From: an uncultured virus (IMG/VR IMGVR_UViG_3300043443_000226)
Taxonomy: Duplodnaviria > Heunggongvirae > Uroviricota > Caudoviricetes
DNA length: 64,000 bases
Direction: 5' to 3' (one strand)
IMG/VR virus record: IMGVR_UViG_3300043443_000226
Notes under the pieces: generated by a model
The model's input: only the letters and a program-made list of their open reading frames with translations
The model's database searches: none
What the model was told of the DNA's origin: nothing
Shown here: positions 7,892 through 16,936 of the stretch, piece by piece
Numbering within the stretch: position 1 is the first letter of the stretch
Layout: every line of letters starts with the position of its first letter
Position numbers and translations under genes: made by a program

Positions 7892-8133
7892 ACCGAGAAG
7901 AAATAATCCGCATGGCGCGGGAGGCTGGGTTCAAAGTTGATTGGCAACACGCAGACGTTGCTGAGATTAAAGCGAAAAGGTACGAATACTTCGCCGCCCT
8001 TGTCGCCGCTGCCGAGCGTGAGGAGTGCGCGAAGGTGTGTGATAACCGCATAACCAATGAAGCTGGAATGCAGCGTGAGGATTATGAGAACCGACAATGC
8101 GCCGCAGCCATCAGAGCAAGGGGTGAGAGATGA
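7888..8133 (+). CDS. Mosaic protein MNREEIIRMAREAG...EREECAKVC...AAAIRARGE
   Basis: Homolog of 51448..51822. Confidence 0.8.
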   Translation: MNREEIIRMAREAGFKVDWQHADVAEIKAKRYEYFAALVAAAEREECAKVCDNRITNEAGMQREDYENRQCAAAIRARGER

Positions 8134-8318
8134 GGACACCCATGGTCTATTCAGCGACGGACATCAAGTGTTGGGATGTTTCTAAGCAATTGAAAAATGG
8201 CTTGTGGGCGCCAGCCAGACCAGAAAGCTGGTCTGGGATCAACATCAAAAAGCGCGTTACGGCTGCGTGGATGGTGTTTACCGGAAAGGCGGACGTGCTT
8301 GTGTGGGGTGAGCAATGA
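8130..8318 (+). CDS. Small phage protein (WAPARP...AWMVFTGKAD)
   Basis: ATGA-coupled ORF. Confidence 0.75.
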   Translation: MRTPMVYSATDIKCWDVSKQLKNGLWAPARPESWSGINIKKRVTAAWMVFTGKADVLVWGEQ

Positions 8319-8536
8319 ACAAACGAATCCGAGAATTTGCTGAGCAATGTTGGGATCAGCGATTAGATGGTCGGTATTTCGATCAGGAAAAGTTCGCCGA
8401 GTTGATTGTAAAGGAATGTGCCGAAATTTCAGAACAAAGTCAATGGAGTGAAGCCAAGGGCGAATATTATGAAGGCTTTAATGAGGCTATGATTTATGTT
8501 TCCAATAAGATTAAAGAACATTTCGGAGTTGAATAA
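8315..8536 (+). CDS. Small phage protein, MNKRIREFAEQ...IKEHFGVE
   Basis: ATGA-coupled; paralog of 7509..7703. Confidence 0.8.
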   Translation: MNKRIREFAEQCWDQRLDGRYFDQEKFAELIVKECAEISEQSQWSEAKGEYYEGFNEAMIYVSNKIKEHFGVE

Positions 8537-8560
8537 TGAACGCAGAGCAAGGAGTGAACA

Positions 8561-8740
8561 ATGTGGGTAATGGATAGGCTGTTAGCTGACCATGCAGAGC
8601 TAAAGAAGAAGTATGATACACTGCTAGAAGACTATCAGAAACTGGTACACAAATATGAAGAGCTTAGTGCTGGACATCGAAACAGACATGAAGCAGACTG
8701 TTATCTTCTGCGTAGTCACGAAGGATCTGACAACAAGTGA
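8561..8740 (+). CDS. Coiled-coil micro-protein overlapping the pol start (59 aa)
   Basis: MWVMDRLLADHAELKKKYDTLLEDYQKL...; AAGGAG RBS. Confidence 0.55.
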   Translation: MWVMDRLLADHAELKKKYDTLLEDYQKLVHKYEELSAGHRNRHEADCYLLRSHEGSDNK

Positions 8741-10295
8741 GGTGGTATGTCATACTCATCCAAGTACACTAAAGCCTCTTATAGAGGATTACGACACAGT
8801 GATAGGACACAATCTAATCAGCTTCGACGGTTACCACCTTCGGAGATTGTGGAACATTACGATACCACTCAAGAAGGCCTCCGATACGCTCGTGCTGTCG
8901 AGGCTATGGAATCCCAGTATCGAAGGAGGACACAGTCTAGAAGCATGGGGGAAAAGATTAGGGAATCACAAGATTGAGTTCCAAGACTTCACTGCTTTGA
9001 CACAAGAGATGATTGATTATTGTATTCAAGATGTCAATCTTACTGGTGAACTTCACCGCAAACTATGCGTAGAATTGAAGGACTTTTCACCGCAAAGCAT
9101 TGACCTCGAACACAAGGTACAGTTTATCGTCGCACAGCAGGAAAGACATGGATTCAAACTAGACATCCCTTTATGTACTGAGTTTATCTCTCAGTTAACT
9201 ACGAAGTTATCAACCATTGAGGAGAATCTACAGACTATATTCCCACCAATTATCACTGAACGTGTTAGTGAGAAGACAGGTAAGAAACTAAAGGATCATG
9301 TTGAAGTGTTTAATCCAGGCTCCAGAGATCAGATAGGACGTAGACTGACATCGTTAGGTTGGAAGCCTGAGAAGTTCACTGAGACAGGTAAGCCAATGGT
9401 GGATGAAGTGATCCTGTCTAAGTTACCTTATCCAGAAGCTAAAGCAATGGCTGAGTATCTACTTATCCAGAAGCGTATAGCACAGTCCTCATCGTGGCTA
9501 GAGCACGTTGCTGCTGATGGTAGAGTACACGGTAAGGTCATCACTAACGGTGCTGTCACAGGTCGTATGACGCATCACAGCCCTAACATGGCACAGGTCC
9601 CTGCTGTCAATGCTGACTACGGTGAAACATGCAGACAAGTATGGACTGTAGATCCTGGTAATGTCTTAGTTGGTTGTGATGCTTCAGGGTTAGAACTACG
9701 TATGTTAGCTCATTACATGAAAGATGATGAGTACACAAAGGAGGTTATCAATGGGGATGTCCACACTAAAAACCAGCTCGCTGCTGGTCTTGAGAGTAGG
9801 GCGCAAGCAAAAACGTTCATCTATGCGTTTCTCTATGGAGCAGGGCCGGCTAAGATTGGATCAATTGTACAAGGGAGTGCCGAAGAGGGAAAAAGACTCA
9901 TTTCCAGCTTCCTTAAGAATACGCCAGCTCTCAAAACGCTTAAAGATAAAGTTAGCAAGTATGCAGAGAAAGGGTATTTACCTGCCCTTGACGGTCGTAG
10001 ATTATGGGTACGGTCGGAACACGCAGCACTTAACACGTTACTTCAAGGGGCTGGTGCGATCTCTATGAAGCAAGGTCTGATCCACCTACACGAGTCACTG
10101 AAGAAACATAAGATACCTGCACACTTTGTTGCTAATGTCCATGATGAATGGCAGATAGAATGTCCTAAGCAGTATGCTGATGATGTTGGTAAACTCGCTG
10201 TAGCAGCTATTGAGAAGGCTGGTGTTACCTTGGGTTTACGTTGTCCTCTAACTGGTGAATATAAGGTAGGAAACAACTGGAAGGAAACACACTGA
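8655..10295 (+). CDS. T7-like family A DNA polymerase
   Basis: Exo LDIETD and GHN; motif A DASGLELR, motif B KTFIYAFLYG, motif C VHDEWQ. Confidence 0.96.
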   Translation: MKSLVLDIETDMKQTVIFCVVTKDLTTSEVVCHTHPSTLKPLIEDYDTVIGHNLISFDGYHLRRLWNITIPLKKASDTLVLSRLWNPSIEGGHSLEAWGKRLGNHKIEFQDFTALTQEMIDYCIQDVNLTGELHRKLCVELKDFSPQSIDLEHKVQFIVAQQERHGFKLDIPLCTEFISQLTTKLSTIEENLQTIFPPIITERVSEKTGKKLKDHVEVFNPGSRDQIGRRLTSLGWKPEKFTETGKPMVDEVILSKLPYPEAKAMAEYLLIQKRIAQSSSWLEHVAADGRVHGKVITNGAVTGRMTHHSPNMAQVPAVNADYGETCRQVWTVDPGNVLVGCDASGLELRMLAHYMKDDEYTKEVINGDVHTKNQLAAGLESRAQAKTFIYAFLYGAGPAKIGSIVQGSAEEGKRLISSFLKNTPALKTLKDKVSKYAEKGYLPALDGRRLWVRSEHAALNTLLQGAGAISMKQGLIHLHESLKKHKIPAHFVANVHDEWQIECPKQYADDVGKLAVAAIEKAGVTLGLRCPLTGEYKVGNNWKETH

Positions 10296-10510
10296 TGATT
10301 ACCAACTTTGATGAGATTGATTCTCTTGTTGTAACTATTAAGATAGGAAAGGATGATGCTGGTTATGTAACGATGGATGTTCAGAGTGATAAGTTAGTAT
10401 CAAACCGTATGATGTTGGCGTTGCTACATTCTATTGCTGAATCAGCTACAGAATCAATGATGGCTGAGATACAAAGTAGAATATTGCTTGACAAATTTAA
10501 GATGAACTGA
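10295..10510 (+). CDS. Hypothetical protein (71 aa)
   Basis: TGATG coupling with pol. Confidence 0.7.
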   Translation: MITNFDEIDSLVVTIKIGKDDAGYVTMDVQSDKLVSNRMMLALLHSIAESATESMMAEIQSRILLDKFKMN

Positions 10511-10516
10511 TACACT
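10488..10516 (+). promoter_or_regulatory. Sigma70-like promoter for the SSB operon
   Basis: TTGACA-N17-TACACT with extended TG. Confidence 0.7.
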
Positions 10517-10545
10517 GTTATTGTATTTTCACTGAGGAAATTAAC

Positions 10546-10947
10546 ATGGAACAAAAACCTGTACGTATTGAAGCAACCTTGATGTGGCCTTTCCTTGATA
10601 AACCTAACGATATGTCTGGTAAGTATCAAGTAGATCTGACAAACCTGTCAGACAAGGCTGTTAAGGCTTTGGAAGATATGGGTATCTCTGTTCGCAACAA
10701 AGAAGGTAAAGGCTTTTACATTACCGCTAAGAGTAACCATGAGATCAAAGCATTAGATAAGAATGGTGAACAAGTGTTAGCACATATCGGTAACGGTACA
10801 AAGGCTGTCTGTGTTATGGGTTCATACTCATGGACGTTTAAGAACAAGAAAGGTGTATCACCTTCACTGAAGAAGCTAGTGATCACTGACTTGGTTACTT
10901 ACAGTGCACAGCCTAAGCAGGAAGAAGAAACAGAAGACGTACTGTAA
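10546..10947 (+). CDS. T7 gp2.5-like single-stranded DNA-binding protein
   Basis: WPFLDKPN..SGKYQVDL, IGNGT, acidic tail EEETEDVL; position between pol and exonuclease. Confidence 0.8.
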   Translation: MEQKPVRIEATLMWPFLDKPNDMSGKYQVDLTNLSDKAVKALEDMGISVRNKEGKGFYITAKSNHEIKALDKNGEQVLAHIGNGTKAVCVMGSYSWTFKNKKGVSPSLKKLVITDLVTYSAQPKQEEETEDVL

Positions 10948-11642
10948 TGAAGCTAATGCCAATCATTGATGGTGACATTCTTTGCTACCGTGTAGGCTTT
11001 GCCTGTAACGAGGAAACAGAGAAGGTTGCTATCAGAACGATGGCAGACATGTTAGAGGAGCTGATCTTTATTGAACTCTCTTCTAACATCCATGTCGGTT
11101 ACTTAACTGGTAAGGACAACTACAGGCATGACATCGCTAAGACACAACCCTACAAAGGAAACAGAAAAGATGCGCCTAGGCCCGTACATCTTCATAGCCT
11201 TCGTGAGTATCTTATTACTGCTTGGGACTTCAGAGTGGCTGATGGACAAGAGGCTGATGATGCTATTGGAATCCATGCCACGCTAACTAGAGATAGTTCA
11301 ATCATTGTATCCATCGACAAAGACTTAGACATGATCCCTGGACATCACTACAACCCTGTGAAGAAGGATCATTATTACGTGAATGACAAAGAAGCAATAA
11401 AGAACTTCTATCGTCAGATCCTTACTGGTGACAAGGTAGACAATGTACAGGGATTACGTGGTATTGGTCCTAAGAAGGCTGATAAGATATTAGGTGACTT
11501 TGATACTGACCTAGCTATGTATGAGGCTGTTCTTAAGGCTTATGATGGTGATGCTGAACGTGTGTTAGAGAATGGACAACTATTGTGGATTAGACGTAGG
11601 AAGGATGAAATATGGCAACCACCGACACCATCGTCTACCTAG
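10947..11642 (+). CDS. T7 gp6-like 5'-3' exonuclease
   Basis: IDGDIL, YKGNR, EADDAIG, IDKDL, GDKVDNVQGLRGIGPKKA. Confidence 0.92.
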   Translation: MKLMPIIDGDILCYRVGFACNEETEKVAIRTMADMLEELIFIELSSNIHVGYLTGKDNYRHDIAKTQPYKGNRKDAPRPVHLHSLREYLITAWDFRVADGQEADDAIGIHATLTRDSSIIVSIDKDLDMIPGHHYNPVKKDHYYVNDKEAIKNFYRQILTGDKVDNVQGLRGIGPKKADKILGDFDTDLAMYEAVLKAYDGDAERVLENGQLLWIRRRKDEIWQPPTPSST

Positions 11643-11929
11643 AATGGGTAGATGCTGTAGCCAGCTCAGGATGGCAAATAAAGGGTACTGGGGCTTTAGC
11701 AAAGTGTAAGTCTGTTGGTTTTTTGACATACGAAAATAATGATGAAGTACACTTAGCAGCGGCGATAGGAGAAAATGATTGCAATGCTGTCATGATCATC
11801 CCTAAGAGCTGGATAAGTAATTGGACGGAGATCGACATTGAAGCCTTCAAGCGCAAAAAACAAAGGAAGACTACTACAAAAGCTGGTGGTGCAAAAGCTA
11901 AGAGACACTTTCAACCTAAGCGAACATGA
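11612..11929 (+). CDS. Conserved phage hypothetical protein
   Basis: VYLEWVDA..SGW...CKSVGFL...MIIPKSWI motif. Confidence 0.7.
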   Translation: MATTDTIVYLEWVDAVASSGWQIKGTGALAKCKSVGFLTYENNDEVHLAAAIGENDCNAVMIIPKSWISNWTEIDIEAFKRKKQRKTTTKAGGAKAKRHFQPKRT

Positions 11930-12263
11930 TTGCAAAAGCACACCAATGGGTACACAGGGCGAGGATGTCTGGCTCTCGACGAATGCACTGGAACGATTTA
12001 GGTATGGTATTGAGTGCAAGAACAGAGCAAGAATCGCAGTCTACACAGACTATGAACAAGCAATACGGCACTGTGAAGGCAAAGACAAAGAACCCCTCTT
12101 AGTCATCAAGCAGAATAGATCTGATCCTTTAGCACTGGTTAGCCTTGATCACTTCATAGCAATAGTAGAGAAAGCTAAACTGTGGGAAATACATCAGAAG
12201 CAAAAGACTGTAGAGGAAAGTAAGCAAGCCACCAGGATGAGAAAGGTTTATGGCAAACATTAA
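11838..12263 (+). CDS. PD-(D/E)xK endonuclease, Holliday junction resolvase-like
   Basis: SAKNKGRLLQ...GEDV...IECKN. Confidence 0.8.
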   Translation: MKPSSAKNKGRLLQKLVVQKLRDTFNLSEHDCKSTPMGTQGEDVWLSTNALERFRYGIECKNRARIAVYTDYEQAIRHCEGKDKEPLLVIKQNRSDPLALVSLDHFIAIVEKAKLWEIHQKQKTVEESKQATRMRKVYGKH

Positions 12264-12954
12264 AGTAGACTACATCGAACACATGGGTAATGACTTAACG
12301 GTAGTCAATGCTGCTCGTGTTAGCTTTGATAAAGAGTCAGAGGCTGTTAGTTGGTATGACACAGAGCAAAGCAATCATTACTTTCCTTTACCTGTGTTAG
12401 ATCCGAAAGACACCAAGCTGATTAACTATCTAGCGAAACACAACCATTGGAGTCCCTTCAGTCATTGCTTTATTCAGTTTAGGATTAAAGCACCGATCTT
12501 CGTAGCTAGGCAGTTGATGAAGCATACAGTAGGACTAGCTTGGAATGAAGTAAGTAGACGTTATGTTGATACCTCACCAGAGTTCTATCAGCCTACGTAT
12601 TTCCGACGTAAAGCACCAAATGTCAAGCAAGGAAGTTCATCAGAACCGGTAAAAAGTCACACTGATTGGAACGCAACAGTTGACAAGTACACTGCTTACA
12701 TGGTAACATTGTATGAGCTGATGCTTAAGGAAGGTATTTGCCCTGAGCAAGCTAGGATGATACTCCCCCAATCCATGATGACTGAATGGTATTGGAGTGG
12801 GAGCCTTTACGCCTTTGCTAGAGTATGTCAATTAAGGTTAGCAAAGGAAGCCCAAGCAGAGACAAGGATCGTTGCAGAGAACATCTGCCGAGTCTGCTCT
12901 GAAATATTCCCTAATGCCTGGGATGCCCTAATGAATGGAGATGATGATGAGTGA
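12250..12954 (+). CDS. thyX: Flavin-dependent thymidylate synthase
   Basis: VNAARVSF, HWSPF, RQLMKH..WNEVSRRY, EQARMILP. Confidence 0.93.
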   Translation: MANIKVDYIEHMGNDLTVVNAARVSFDKESEAVSWYDTEQSNHYFPLPVLDPKDTKLINYLAKHNHWSPFSHCFIQFRIKAPIFVARQLMKHTVGLAWNEVSRRYVDTSPEFYQPTYFRRKAPNVKQGSSSEPVKSHTDWNATVDKYTAYMVTLYELMLKEGICPEQARMILPQSMMTEWYWSGSLYAFARVCQLRLAKEAQAETRIVAENICRVCSEIFPNAWDALMNGDDDE

Positions 12955-13267
12955 TAGCAGAATTAGTTTTCATGTAACAATAATGTCAGAACAAACCGAA
13001 AAAGAACAGAAATTCAATGTTGATTTTGGTTACCCGCTAGACTACATGGTTAAGATCAATGCTACCTACGATGATGGTATTGTATGGACTAAGTTGTTAG
13101 AAAGAGCATGTGAAGCTATCGGTGCTTACTACGGTTACGATATAAAAAAGAAAGTATTTGTTGAACAGTTCGGAAAGATCGTTAATATCTTCGGACACGA
13201 TGATCCGTCACACTATAGTACAGACTCAGACGCTGACTCAGACGCTGATGAGAATCCTGCTACTTGA
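12947..13267 (+). CDS. Hypothetical protein
   Basis: GGAG RBS; 12-bp tandem duplication near the 3' end (DSDADSDAD). Confidence 0.7.
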   Translation: MSDSRISFHVTIMSEQTEKEQKFNVDFGYPLDYMVKINATYDDGIVWTKLLERACEAIGAYYGYDIKKKVFVEQFGKIVNIFGHDDPSHYSTDSDADSDADENPAT

Positions 13268-13982
13268 TATCGAATCAGCACCTAACACTGCTTATGTCTG
13301 GGGTTTATTTCAACAGAACATCAGTATCAGTCAGATTGTAGACAGTAGTAGTGTTTTGTGTTGGTCCGCTAAGTGGTATCAAGGTGATCAGTTAATGTTC
13401 AGCAGTATCCTAAACGGTAAGAAGACTATGTTAAAGAAAATCCATAGTCTCTTGGACGAATGCGATGCTGTTGTACATTACAATGGAACTAGGTTTGACA
13501 TACCAACACTCAATAAAGAATTCCTTGAGGCTGGTATGTCTCCTCCAGCACCTTACCATCAAATTGACCTGTTAAAGACTGCTAGAAAGGAATTTAGGTT
13601 CCCTAGTAACAAGCTAGACTATGTAGCTAGAGCGTTAGGATTAGGTCAGAAGACTAAGCATGAAGGCTTTGAACTTTGGATCAAGTGTATGAACAAAGAC
13701 AAAGCAGCATGGGAAGTCATGGAGCAGTACAATAAACAGGATGTCATATTGCTGGAGAAGGTTTATGAGCGATTTCTTCCCTGGATTCGAACCCACCCTA
13801 ACGTCTCAGTCAACAAAGACCACCGAAGCTGTACACGATGCTCTAGTATCAATCTACAGAGACGAGGGTTTAGTACCTCACTCACAGGAAAGTATCAGCG
13901 TTACCAGTGCCAAGACTGCGGTGGATGGCAACAACAAAGAAGGAGCGAACCAATTGCTGCCGAAATACTCAAACCAAGCTAA
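13248..13982 (+). CDS. RNase H-fold / DEDD 3'-5' exonuclease with C-terminal Zn ribbon
   Basis: LLDIES, HYNGTRFDIP, YNKQDV; CxxC...CxxC. Confidence 0.85.
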   Translation: MRILLLDIESAPNTAYVWGLFQQNISISQIVDSSSVLCWSAKWYQGDQLMFSSILNGKKTMLKKIHSLLDECDAVVHYNGTRFDIPTLNKEFLEAGMSPPAPYHQIDLLKTARKEFRFPSNKLDYVARALGLGQKTKHEGFELWIKCMNKDKAAWEVMEQYNKQDVILLEKVYERFLPWIRTHPNVSVNKDHRSCTRCSSINLQRRGFSTSLTGKYQRYQCQDCGGWQQQRRSEPIAAEILKPS

Positions 13983-14196
13983 ACAGGTTGGTGGTGATCA
14001 TTACAAGCAGACAACACTACAGCCTTGGGATGTTATCTCAGCATGGTCTTTAGACCCTTGGTTAGCTAATGTTGTTAAGTATGTACAGAGACACCAACGA
14101 AAGAATGGTAGAGAAGATCTACTTAAAGCAGTACACTATCTGGAGTATGTGATTGAGAACTATGACTTAGTAAAGAGTAAGTATTATAAGGAGTGA
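13954..14196 (+). CDS. DUF3310 (SaV-like / T7 gp1.7-like) protein
   Basis: QVGGDHY...NVVKYVQR..RKNGREDLLKAVHYL; TTG start after AAGGAG. Confidence 0.85.
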   Translation: MLPKYSNQAKQVGGDHYKQTTLQPWDVISAWSLDPWLANVVKYVQRHQRKNGREDLLKAVHYLEYVIENYDLVKSKYYKE

Positions 14197-14198
14197 CT

Positions 14199-14375
14199 AT
14201 GGCTTTAACGATTCTGGACTTATTTGAAAAGCTTAAGAGACTGGATGAAATATCTCTACTTGAGATATTGAACATAACATCAGAAGAACTGGTAGACAGG
14301 TTTGAGGACAGAATCGAAGCCATGTTTGACCAACTTGTTGACGAAATAGATGACACCGAAGAGGACGAAGAATGA
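14199..14375 (+). CDS. Conserved small acidic protein
   Basis: DEISLLEILNITSEELVDRFEDRI; AAGGAG RBS. Confidence 0.75.
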   Translation: MALTILDLFEKLKRLDEISLLEILNITSEELVDRFEDRIEAMFDQLVDEIDDTEEDEE

Positions 14376-16270
14376 AGTTAAATAACTACTCAAGTTTTAT
14401 CCACAAAAGCCGCTACAGTCGTTTTATTGACGAACAAGGCAGACGTGAGAACTGGAGTGAAACAGTTGAACGCTACATGGGTTTCATGAAGAAACAACTG
14501 TTAGATAAACACAAGTATGAGATCCCACAACACATCTACAAGACAGTACATAAAGCAATCCTTAACATGGATGTCATGCCTTCGATGCGTTGTATGATGA
14601 CTGCTGGAGAGGCACTTGAGCGTCAGAACATTGCTGGTTATAACTGTAGTTATCTGCCTATCGACGACCCTAAGTCCTTTGATGAGGCTATGTACATCCT
14701 CTTATGCGGTACAGGTGTTGGATTCTCAGTAGAGGCTAAGTATGTTAATCAACTCCCTGAAGTCCCTGATCAGTTATTCGATAGTAAAACTACTATCGTG
14801 GTATCCGACAGCAAAGAGGGCTGGGCTAAAGCATTACGACAACTCATTGCTTTACTATACGCTGGAGAAATTGCAACCTGGGATGTATCCAAAGTTAGAC
14901 CTGCTGGCTCCAGACTTAAGACCTTTGGAGGCAGAGCTTCTGGTCCAGAACCCCTCGTTGAACTATTCAAATTTGTTATTAGGAAGTTCCAAGCGGCCAA
15001 AAATCGTCGTCTGTCGTCCCTTGAATGCCATGATATTTTGTGCAAGATCGGGGAGGTTGTTGTTGTGGGTGGTGTGCGGCGTTCTGCAATGATCTCTTTA
15101 AGCGATCTCAGTGATGATCGTATGGCACACGCTAAAGCAGGAGCGTGGTGGGAACAACAAGGACAGCGTAGCCTTGCTAATAACTCTGCTGTGTACGATG
15201 TAAAGCCTTCAGTAGGGCAGTTTATGCGTGAATGGTGTTCGATCTATGAGAGCCATTCAGGTGAACGTGGTATCTTTAACAGAGACGCATCGAAGAAGCA
15301 AGCAGCTGTCAATGGTCGTAGAGATCCTAACCATGACTTCGGTACGAATCCTTGCTCAGAGATTATCCTGCGTCCTTACCAGTTCTGTAACCTCACAGAG
15401 GTCATTGTTCGTGATACGGACACTCTACAAGACTTGATGTACAAAGTACGTGTAGCGGCTGTTCTAGGTACTTGGCAGAGCACGATGACTACCTTCCCAT
15501 ACCTACGTAAGATCTGGGAAAAGAACACCGCTGAAGAGCGTCTATTGGGTGTGTCGCTGACAGGTATCTATGATCATAAGCTACTGAATGATCCTGATGA
15601 TAAAGTGTTACCAGCAAGATTGGAGATGTTGAGAAATGAAGCAATCGTTGCTAACGAAGTTACAGCAGAAGCTCTTAATATTCCTGTCTCTGCTGCTATC
15701 ACTTGCGTTAAGCCTTCTGGTACTGTGTCTCAGCTTTGTGGCACTGCTTCTGGCATTCATCCTCAACATGCCCAGTATTACATTAGGCGTGTACGATCAG
15801 ATAAAAAAGATCCTCTCACGGCATTTATGATCGAACAAGGTATTCCCAGTGAACCTTGTGTGATGAGACCAGATAGCACTACCGTGTTCTCATTTCCTAT
15901 GAAGGCTCCTGAAGGTGCTATAACCAGGGATGATGTTGATGCTATAGCTCACCTTAACTTATGGCGTATCTATCAGCTTCATTGGTGCGAACATAAGCCT
16001 TCAGTGACTATCTCAGTTAATGAGAATGATTGGCCTACTGTAGGGGCTTGGGTGTATGACAACTTTGATATCTGCACTGGTGTATCATTCTTACCAATGG
16101 ATGGTGGTACTTATCGACAAGCACCTTATGAGACATGCAGTAAGGAAGACTATGAAGCCTTGTTAGCTAAGATGCCAGTAAATATCAACTGGGATATGCT
16201 TAAAGAGAATGATGATAACGTTGAAGGTGCACAGCAGCTTGCCTGTGTAGCCGGTGTGTGTGAAATCTAA
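14372..16270 (+). CDS. nrdJ: Class II (B12-dependent) ribonucleotide reductase
   Basis: NCS, GTGVGFS, TNPCSEI, CNLTE, TCVKPSGTVSQL, C-terminal CxxGxCE; no beta subunit gene nearby. Confidence 0.92.
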   Translation: MKLNNYSSFIHKSRYSRFIDEQGRRENWSETVERYMGFMKKQLLDKHKYEIPQHIYKTVHKAILNMDVMPSMRCMMTAGEALERQNIAGYNCSYLPIDDPKSFDEAMYILLCGTGVGFSVEAKYVNQLPEVPDQLFDSKTTIVVSDSKEGWAKALRQLIALLYAGEIATWDVSKVRPAGSRLKTFGGRASGPEPLVELFKFVIRKFQAAKNRRLSSLECHDILCKIGEVVVVGGVRRSAMISLSDLSDDRMAHAKAGAWWEQQGQRSLANNSAVYDVKPSVGQFMREWCSIYESHSGERGIFNRDASKKQAAVNGRRDPNHDFGTNPCSEIILRPYQFCNLTEVIVRDTDTLQDLMYKVRVAAVLGTWQSTMTTFPYLRKIWEKNTAEERLLGVSLTGIYDHKLLNDPDDKVLPARLEMLRNEAIVANEVTAEALNIPVSAAITCVKPSGTVSQLCGTASGIHPQHAQYYIRRVRSDKKDPLTAFMIEQGIPSEPCVMRPDSTTVFSFPMKAPEGAITRDDVDAIAHLNLWRIYQLHWCEHKPSVTISVNENDWPTVGAWVYDNFDICTGVSFLPMDGGTYRQAPYETCSKEDYEALLAKMPVNINWDMLKENDDNVEGAQQLACVAGVCEI

Positions 16271-16271
16271 A

Positions 16272-16299
16272 TAAAAAAAAGACCCCTGCAAAGGGGTCT
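16272..16299 (-). terminator. Intrinsic terminator of the late arm
   Basis: AGACCCC-TGCAAA-GGGGTCT hairpin with an A8 run on the left (U-tract on minus). Confidence 0.8.
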
Positions 16300-16321
16300 A
16301 TAAAGGTCACTAAGGAAAACT

Positions 16322-16495
16322 ATGCCGAATATATGGGGTTGGTCTTTTCTATCAGGGTTTATGTTAGGGATTTGTTACTCTGATGATTTTGTCGTAGCTG
16401 ACGAGGACGGATCTGAGGTTCTTTTGGAAGGGTTCTTTGTCTTCATCAACATTGCCATGTTCAGTTTTGTTGTTGGATGGGCTAAGGAGGAATAA
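16322..16495 (+). CDS. 57-aa hydrophobic protein antisense to the endolysin 3' end
   Basis: MPNIWGWSFLSGFMLGICYSDDFVV...FFVFINIAMFSFVVGWAKEE; TAAGGA RBS. Confidence 0.55.
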   Translation: MPNIWGWSFLSGFMLGICYSDDFVVADEDGSEVLLEGFFVFINIAMFSFVVGWAKEE

Positions 16496-16936
16496 TGTCG
16501 CCTCTGCTTCACGACGAAGAACAAGACCTCTGGTTACTTTACCTGCTGCAAGATTCCAACGCTTTAGTTCTTGAACAGCTTCCTCCCATCGTTCTTGGTT
16601 TATTCTTGTTCGCATCGTGGATGATCGGAGCCTAGCTGGTCCTAAGTTGTAAGTCCAGCTAACTATGGCAGCAGCTTTGTTAGGGTGTTTCGTCAACACT
16701 GGACAGGCTTTGTAGACTTGAAGTAGGAATCTCTCTGCATCAAGTTCAAACAATGCCTGTCCTCTTTCTTTTGAGATCTCAGGATCATCTAAGGTAACCC
16801 TATCACCGTTCTCATACATCGTAGATCCCCAACCTATGGTGGGGACGTTAGCACTGCATAGATAGGGTTTACTTCTCCAGCCTTCGAATCTCTTGATCAG
16901 TGGTTCAGCAATGGCGATTACTTCTTTGATTCCCAT
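16364..16936 (-). CDS. Endolysin, GH24 lysozyme
   Basis: FEG..PYLC...PTIGWG, YNLG, GLVLRREAE. Confidence 0.92.
   Translation of the reverse strand: MGIKEVIAIAEPLIKRFEGWRSKPYLCSANVPTIGWGSTMYENGDRVTLDDPEISKERGQALFELDAERFLLQVYKACPVLTKHPNKAAAIVSWTYNLGPARLRSSTMRTRINQERWEEAVQELKRWNLAAGKVTRGLVLRREAEATLFLLSPSNNKTEHGNVDEDKEPFQKNLRSVLVSYDKIIRVTNP

Noticed and set aside
13223..13250. 12-bp tandem duplication GACTCAGACGCT
   Set aside because: Simple in-frame slippage in an acidic tail; no further structure
13741..13953. Long N-terminus of the DUF3310 ORF (also 13158-13247, 7044-7181, 5183-5260)
   Set aside because: Overlaps upstream genes; better starts with an RBS lie downstream
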